A DNA stretch of 64,000 nt, from the NCBI GenBank assembly GCA_029560465.1, contig JAKQKX010000016.1:71178-135177 (forward strand). The letters are read 5' to 3'. The translations under genes and the position numbers were made by a program. The DNA is from Candidatus Omnitrophota bacterium (GTDB lineage: Bacteria; Omnitrophota; Gorgyraeia; Zapsychrales; JANLHA01). This document shows positions 59,054 through 64,000 of the stretch, in pieces. Under the pieces are notes generated by a model. The model saw only the letters and a list, made by a program, of their open reading frames with translations. It was not told the DNA's origin and made no database searches. Every line of letters begins with the position of its first letter. The stretch's first letter is position 1.

Positions 59054-59377
59054 ATGGATCACATCGGGAAAATGTTGTGGGATACCCTGATGGCGGTTGT
59101 GGTGACTGGATTTGTGTTATGGCGGTTTATCAGGCCTTATTTGATATGTAAAAGTGTCCTGGCCGGGCGGACCGGCATGATCGGCGCGAAATATGTCCTG
59201 TTTGAAGGCGTGCTTTTTACTGCCGGCGGGGCGTTTTTCTTGGCCCGGTCCCTGCGTCCGCTGTCCAACCTGACGCTCACGGTTATTTGCAGCGTTGTTT
59301 TCCTGGCTGGCCTTTGGTATATTTTTAACGCGGTAAGGGTTTTTGCGGCACGCAGAAAGCGTTCGGGAGGGACATGA
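59054..59377 (+). CDS. Small hypothetical membrane protein
   Basis: Three hydrophobic segments; AGGA RBS. Confidence 0.6.
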   Translation: MDHIGKMLWDTLMAVVVTGFVLWRFIRPYLICKSVLAGRTGMIGAKYVLFEGVLFTAGGAFFLARSLRPLSNLTLTVICSVVFLAGLWYIFNAVRVFAARRKRSGGT

Positions 59378-59378
59378 T

Positions 59379-59879
59379 ATGAAGAGAGGCTTGTGGGTTA
59401 TTGCTATTTTGGCGTTCCTGGCTGCCATGGCTGGCGGAGGGGCGTTCGCGGACGAACTGATGGATTCCGCTGAAGCCTTTTTTAAAAGTTATGTGGACGG
59501 CGGGAATCACGCGGATTCTTATATTATTGATTATTTTGCTGACGACGCACGGATTCTTGCGGTGAGGCACCTTCGGGATGGCGGGACAGCCAGGATCGGG
59601 ACAACGGGAGAGAAACATAAAGAATATTTAAAGAAGACGCGCCGTCGCGCCCGGATGAGCAAGGTGGCGATGGGGACTTTAACGACCTTTTCGGATGTCG
59701 CATATAATTTAGAGGAGGGGTGCGTCAGGATCACGGCTTCGCGGCACGTGTCCCCGGCCCAGATGACGACGCCGTACTCCCTGCTGATCTGCCGGGATGG
59801 CAACAAGCAATGGCGTATTCAGGAAGAAATTATAGAGACGGAAGAATTGCCTGCCGTTGAGCCTGGCGTTCAGCCGTAG
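59379..59879 (+). CDS. Exported NTF2/SnoaL-like protein
   Basis: Signal peptide ending AFA; YFADDA-I and W-I-EE end motif. Confidence 0.65.
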   Translation: MKRGLWVIAILAFLAAMAGGGAFADELMDSAEAFFKSYVDGGNHADSYIIDYFADDARILAVRHLRDGGTARIGTTGEKHKEYLKKTRRRARMSKVAMGTLTTFSDVAYNLEEGCVRITASRHVSPAQMTTPYSLLICRDGNKQWRIQEEIIETEELPAVEPGVQP

Positions 59880-59931
59880 CGCGCGTCGCCGTGCCCGGCG
59901 GCGTCCTATCCGGTTATCTGAAAGGCTGGGC

Positions 59932-60540
59932 ATGAAAAAAACTTTGCAGCAACGAATCGACGCCGCTGTCCGGGAGGAGATCCGGGTGGTGGATTATGAC
60001 CCGGCCTGGCCCGGGCAGTTTGCGGAAGAAGCTGCGTTTTTACGGGCCCGGTTGCCGGAGTCCCTGCTTAAGCGTATAGAACATTTTGGCAGCACGGCGG
60101 TCCCGGGGTTGGCGGCAAAACCGGTTGTTGATATACTGGTCGAGGTCCGTAGTTTACAGGAGGCGAGGGCCATCATTGTCCCTCTTTTGGAAGCGGACGG
60201 ATATGAGTATTTCTGGCGCCCTGAATTTGAAGGCCCGCCGTATTATGCCTGGTTTATTAAGCGCGATCCGTCCGGGAAAAGAACGCACCATATTCACATG
60301 GTGGAGCGGGATTCCAGCCTTTGGGACAGGCTGTATTTCCGGGATTATTTGCGCGCGTTCCCCGAGGAGGCGGAACGGTACGCCGCACTTAAGCGCGCCC
60401 TGGCCGGGCAATTCCCTCAAGACAGGGTTGGCTATACACGGCAGAAGAGCGGATACATCAATTCCGTAACCCTGAAGGCCAAAGGATATTATTCCTCTCC
60501 TCATAAAGCAGCGGAGAAGAACAACGGCCAGGGGCATTGA
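59932..60540 (+). CDS. GrpB family nucleotidyltransferase-fold protein
   Basis: YDPAWP, IEHFGSTAVPGLAAKP-VDI, HHIH, FRDYLR, Y--LK--LA. Confidence 0.93.
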   Translation: MKKTLQQRIDAAVREEIRVVDYDPAWPGQFAEEAAFLRARLPESLLKRIEHFGSTAVPGLAAKPVVDILVEVRSLQEARAIIVPLLEADGYEYFWRPEFEGPPYYAWFIKRDPSGKRTHHIHMVERDSSLWDRLYFRDYLRAFPEEAERYAALKRALAGQFPQDRVGYTRQKSGYINSVTLKAKGYYSSPHKAAEKNNGQGH

Positions 60541-60565
60541 CAATAGTGAAGAAACTTTTTATATT
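60537..60565 (+). promoter_or_regulatory. Sigma70 promoter
   Basis: TTGACA-17 bp-TATATT. Confidence 0.65.
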
Positions 60566-60622
60566 ATTAAACGCTTTTTAATTTTTATAAAAGAAGGAAG
60601 ACTCCGGGAAGGCTATTCGCCC

Positions 60623-61111
60623 ATGAGGATGCTGTCATATCAAAAAATTATTTGGGGTGGAATTGTCCTGTCGCTGGCGGGAGGGCTGTTGACGGCCCCT
60701 GCGGTTTTCGCCCGGGATAAAGAGGTGTGCTGGGGCGGAGCCGGGTTTGAGCCGAAGGTGAGGAATTCTTGCCGGTACTTGGCGTATATTTATAAAACGG
60801 GGATGGAATTCCGCATCCGGGTGGACACGTATGAAACATTTGAGAATCTCACAACCTTGCGCCTTATCCCTCCTCAAGGGCGGGAGTGCGTGTCCCGGCA
60901 ATGCAAGAAAATGTCGCGTCAGGTTTATTCGCCGTGGGAATGTTCCTTCCCGGCCACGGATATTATAAAGTTGTCCGGGGTTGGGATGATTATTGCGGAA
61001 AATCAATATGGGCAGAATTTGGTGACGGATGACATGGATTTTGATGAGATCAAGACGCTGTTTCGGATGGAAGTCGAGAAAGACCCTGATTCCCGCTTTT
61101 TGGAGCCATAA
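60623..61111 (+). CDS. Hypothetical exported Cys-containing protein
   Basis: Signal peptide ending VFA; follows a promoter. Confidence 0.65.
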   Translation: MRMLSYQKIIWGGIVLSLAGGLLTAPAVFARDKEVCWGGAGFEPKVRNSCRYLAYIYKTGMEFRIRVDTYETFENLTTLRLIPPQGRECVSRQCKKMSRQVYSPWECSFPATDIIKLSGVGMIIAENQYGQNLVTDDMDFDEIKTLFRMEVEKDPDSRFLEP

Positions 61112-61159
61112 TTTTTAGCCCTGCCCGGCTTTTGCGCCCGGTCTTTTTTTAACGGGACC

Positions 61160-61762
61160 ATGAAGGACGGTATGAATATTTCCTATTGGGGGACTGTGTT
61201 GTTGTGCGGGGGAACGCTGTGCTTGGCTGGATGCGCGGTTGCGAAGGCTACGGGGAAGGCGGCAAGCGTGGTCGGGAAAACCGGGTATCACACCGCCCGC
61301 GTTGCCGGAAAAACTGTTGTGGCGGTTGGTAAAGCCACCGGAGGGGCTGCGAAAACTGTTGTGCATATCGCGCGTGGAACACAGGTTGTCCCTCTGGAAA
61401 GGCGGGGAGGCCTGACCGCGGAAGTCACCGTGAACAAGAGGACAAAGGCGATGTTTCTTGTGGATACCGGAGCGGAGCAGGTGCAGATTTCCCAATCCTT
61501 GGCCCGGCGGCTTAAAATAGATTTGCGCAGGGCCGAACCGGTTCCTGTCCGCGTGGCCGGAGGAACCGTTGTCGCGGCTCGGGCCGTAACGCTTAAAGAG
61601 GTGAGGATCGGCCGGGCGCGCGTGGAACATGTTCCAGCGATTGTGATTGACCGTGAAGGAGTGATGGATTACGATGGTCTTCTGGGCATGTCTTTTTTGA
61701 GTCATTTTAATTTTCAGGTCGACACACAGAACGCCAAGCTTATCCTTCGAAGAAGGATGTGA
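61160..61762 (+). CDS. Retropepsin-like aspartic protease lipoprotein
   Basis: Lipobox LAGC; FLVDTGA; GLLGMSFL. Confidence 0.88.
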   Translation: MKDGMNISYWGTVLLCGGTLCLAGCAVAKATGKAASVVGKTGYHTARVAGKTVVAVGKATGGAAKTVVHIARGTQVVPLERRGGLTAEVTVNKRTKAMFLVDTGAEQVQISQSLARRLKIDLRRAEPVPVRVAGGTVVAARAVTLKEVRIGRARVEHVPAIVIDREGVMDYDGLLGMSFLSHFNFQVDTQNAKLILRRRM

Positions 61763-61804
61763 GGGGGCTCCTCGGCGTTTATCTGTAAAATCAGCCCGTG
61801 TTTT

Positions 61805-61831
61805 ATCCCGCGCTTGAGCGCGGGATTTTTT
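61805..61831 (+). terminator. Intrinsic terminator
   Basis: atcccgcgc-ttga-gcgcgggat followed by a T run. Confidence 0.75.
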
Positions 61832-62029
61832 ATTTCCATTCCCCTTGATTGATCCTGTGCCCATGAGCCGTTTTTTTAACCGGGCCGGCTTCCTGTAACT
61901 TTTTTAGGAGAACTCCGTTTACCTTTCAGGGTTGTCTTGGCCCAGCCTGCGGGGCTGAGGCAAGGCGCGCGTGGGCTCTTGCGCGGGTAAAAAGGGCCTG
62001 ACGAGAAGAAAACTCAAAGGAGGCTGATC

Positions 62030-63079
62030 ATGCATAGCAGATTCCTGGTAAAAGTCGCGGCGGGCGTGTTGGGGGTCAGTGCGTTGTGCGCCGGCCCGGC
62101 CCGGGCTGAGCATCCCGAGGATATTCAGCGTTTTATTCAGCAATTGGATGTGGGGGAGCCCGTGTATTTCAATAATCTGACAATTATCCCGGTTTATACC
62201 CAACAAAGGGCGGACCGCCGGGCGTATACGACGCTTGATGACGCGCTGGCGAACGGCTGGCTTGCCATTTCCGAGATCGACGGAGGGCACGTCCCCCAGG
62301 TCGAGCTGAATAATTATTCGACACAGGCTGTTTATATTATGGGCGGGGAGATTATTTCCGGCGGGAAACAAGACCGCATTTTCGGCCGCGAGGTTTTGCT
62401 TTCGCCGGGCGCGCGTCGTGTGGTGGTGCCGGTGTATTGCGTGGAACAAAACCGCTGGCAGTATGAAACCGACACCTTCTATAGCAAGCAAACCCTGGGG
62501 ACGTGGAATCTCAGGTCAACCGCCCAAGTGGCTCCGGAAGGGGCCCAGGCGGAGATCTGGGGGGATATTTCAGCGGCGCACCGTGATATGGGCGTACGGT
62601 CTCACACAATGGCGTATCAGCACGCTTACGAGCAGAAAGGGGTAAAAGAGAAAGTCATGGAGCATGAACGCTATTTCCAGCGTATCCCGAGCCTTCACCG
62701 GGACACGATCGGCGTTGTGGTGGGCGTGGGAGGACAGATCGTGAGCGTTGACCTTTTTTCAAATCCGTCGGTATTCCAGGCGCTTTGGCCCAAGATCTTG
62801 AGATCTTCGGCCTTGTCCGCGGTGAGCAGCGGGAAGGCAGGGGCAGTCACCCAGGATGACGCGGCTTGGTTTATCCGCCAGCTGTATGACGCGCGTTATC
62901 AAAGAAAATCCGCGATCGATTGGGGCGTGGAGTTTTCCGCGTACGAAGGCGTTAACGTGAACGCTCTGGTGCACAAGAATACGGTTGTTCATCTATCAGC
63001 TTTTTCCGAAGGCAAGGGCTGGAAGCAGACGGTGTCCCCTCCCAATACCGAGCGCCGCATTCCGGTGATGCGCCGTTGA
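62030..63079 (+). CDS. ARPP-1/DUF6569 domain protein with signal peptide
   Basis: NLTI-P, Y-TL--AL, G-VP-V---N, GE---GGKQDR, VPVYCVEQ-RW, Q--IW; signal ending ARA. Confidence 0.78.
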   Translation: MHSRFLVKVAAGVLGVSALCAGPARAEHPEDIQRFIQQLDVGEPVYFNNLTIIPVYTQQRADRRAYTTLDDALANGWLAISEIDGGHVPQVELNNYSTQAVYIMGGEIISGGKQDRIFGREVLLSPGARRVVVPVYCVEQNRWQYETDTFYSKQTLGTWNLRSTAQVAPEGAQAEIWGDISAAHRDMGVRSHTMAYQHAYEQKGVKEKVMEHERYFQRIPSLHRDTIGVVVGVGGQIVSVDLFSNPSVFQALWPKILRSSALSAVSSGKAGAVTQDDAAWFIRQLYDARYQRKSAIDWGVEFSAYEGVNVNALVHKNTVVHLSAFSEGKGWKQTVSPPNTERRIPVMRR

Positions 63080-63100
63080 GAAATCCCTGAAAAGAAAGAT

Positions 63101-63137
63101 AAGCTGTCTTCGGCTGGAGCCGGGCCGGAGACAGCTT
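63101..63137. terminator. Hairpin after the ARPP-1 gene
   Basis: aagctgtcttcggc / gccggagacagctt arms. Confidence 0.55.
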
Positions 63138-63239
63138 GGCCTTTGTCCCGCCCTGCCCCAGATTGTTTATTATTACTTCCGGGAGGCCAAGGATTTATGA
63201 TATACTAACTCCACCACCGAACACTTAATTATACGGATC

Positions 63240-64000
63240 ATGTCTTTCAGTATTTTACTAAGAACCTATCGTCGTCTTTTGATTTTGGCCCTCGCCCTTT
63301 TTTCTTTGTCTGAAGCTGTTTATATTTTTAAGGGGGCTGGCTTTATGGTGCAGTTCCTGAAGGCGGCCGGATGGAATTATGAGGAACGGCGGCGTGATTT
63401 TCTGGACGCCGCTCCTTTAATGGACCTCCGGGCCCTCCTTCCTGAAGGGGCGGTTGTCGAACGGCCCCTTCAGGAAGGGCTTTGTCTTGTGGTGGCCCGG
63501 TATCTTCTCTATCCGTTTCCTGTGTCGCCGGAAGGGAATTATATTATCGACCTGAAAGGGGATATTGTTTTCCCCCCGGGAGGAGAGACCGTTTCCCTTG
63601 CCGATCACGCGCGGGCGCACGCTAAACCCGGGTTTCACTTTATCCGGGCTCGAGGCCCGGAGAGGCCTTTTTCCGTATCTCAAACAGCGGTTTTAAGTTT
63701 GGTTTTTATTTTATTCCAGTCATCCATGGGGGCCGCGTTTTTGAAAATTTTCGGGTTCCCGCCATGCCAACGGATGCCGTTGTTTTATATGGGATTAAGT
63801 TACCTGACCGGCTATTTGTTTTTCACCCTGTCTCTGTGGTTAGCCTCCCTGGCGGGACAGGGGACGGTGCCGTTTAATCTTTTGCTGATCAGCGGCACCA
63901 TGCTGGCGTGGATGGTGTTCATTATTCAACAGGGGATCCTTCCGGACATTGTGAGGATGTTCGTTTCCTGCCGCCGTCTTGGGTTTTCCAAGCCGGAGCT
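63240..64000 (+). CDS. Membrane protein, truncated by the window end (absent from the ORF track)
   Basis: ATG 63240 (MSFSILLRTYRRLLIL...) reads open to 64000 with several TM segments. Confidence 0.7.
   Translation, partial: MSFSILLRTYRRLLILALALFSLSEAVYIFKGAGFMVQFLKAAGWNYEERRRDFLDAAPLMDLRALLPEGAVVERPLQEGLCLVVARYLLYPFPVSPEGNYIIDLKGDIVFPPGGETVSLADHARAHAKPGFHFIRARGPERPFSVSQTAVLSLVFILFQSSMGAAFLKIFGFPPCQRMPLFYMGLSYLTGYLFFTLSLWLASLAGQGTVPFNLLLISGTMLAWMVFIIQQGILPDIVRMFVSCRRLGFSKPE

Overview
Bacterial chromosomal window with about 60 genes, almost all on the + strand. There is no CRISPR array, transposase or integrase. Gene style (giant coiled-coil gene, paired TMTC-like glycosyltransferases, V-type ATPase of the E-DUF2764-A-B-D-I-K type) suggests an uncultured PVC-type anaerobe such as Omnitrophota; this is inference only. 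Layout: (1) 0-7.5 kb, envelope and stress genes (YceI, GNAT, zf-TFIIB-LemA-HtpX, SMI1/KNR4 lipoprotein, MORN protein). (2) 7.7-15.8 kb, a 2276-aa signal-peptide coiled-coil protein built from about 40 proline-punctuated 29-aa units with a 203-aa (609-bp) super-repeat, followed 10 bp later by an outer-membrane beta-barrel; this is the best candidate for an undescribed system. (3) 16-35 kb, housekeeping genes (guaD, trmB, CxxS DsbA-like, a very divergent orphan rpmA, glmS, rsmI) and a PyrR-attenuated pyr cluster split by tRNA-Arg and two TMTC-like genes. (4) 35-42.9 kb, a probably Na+-coupled V-type ATPase, tRNA-Val and tRNA-Asp. (5) 43-56 kb, an accessory block: a Fur-boxed metal/Fe-S cluster bracketed by two related hairpins, then a DUF134-led ars operon, with about seven pseudogenes. 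(6) 56-64 kb, miscellaneous genes (T4-pdg-like glycosylase, GrpB, retropepsin lipoprotein, secreted ARPP-1/DUF6569 protein). Family assignments come from motif recognition by eye, not database searches.
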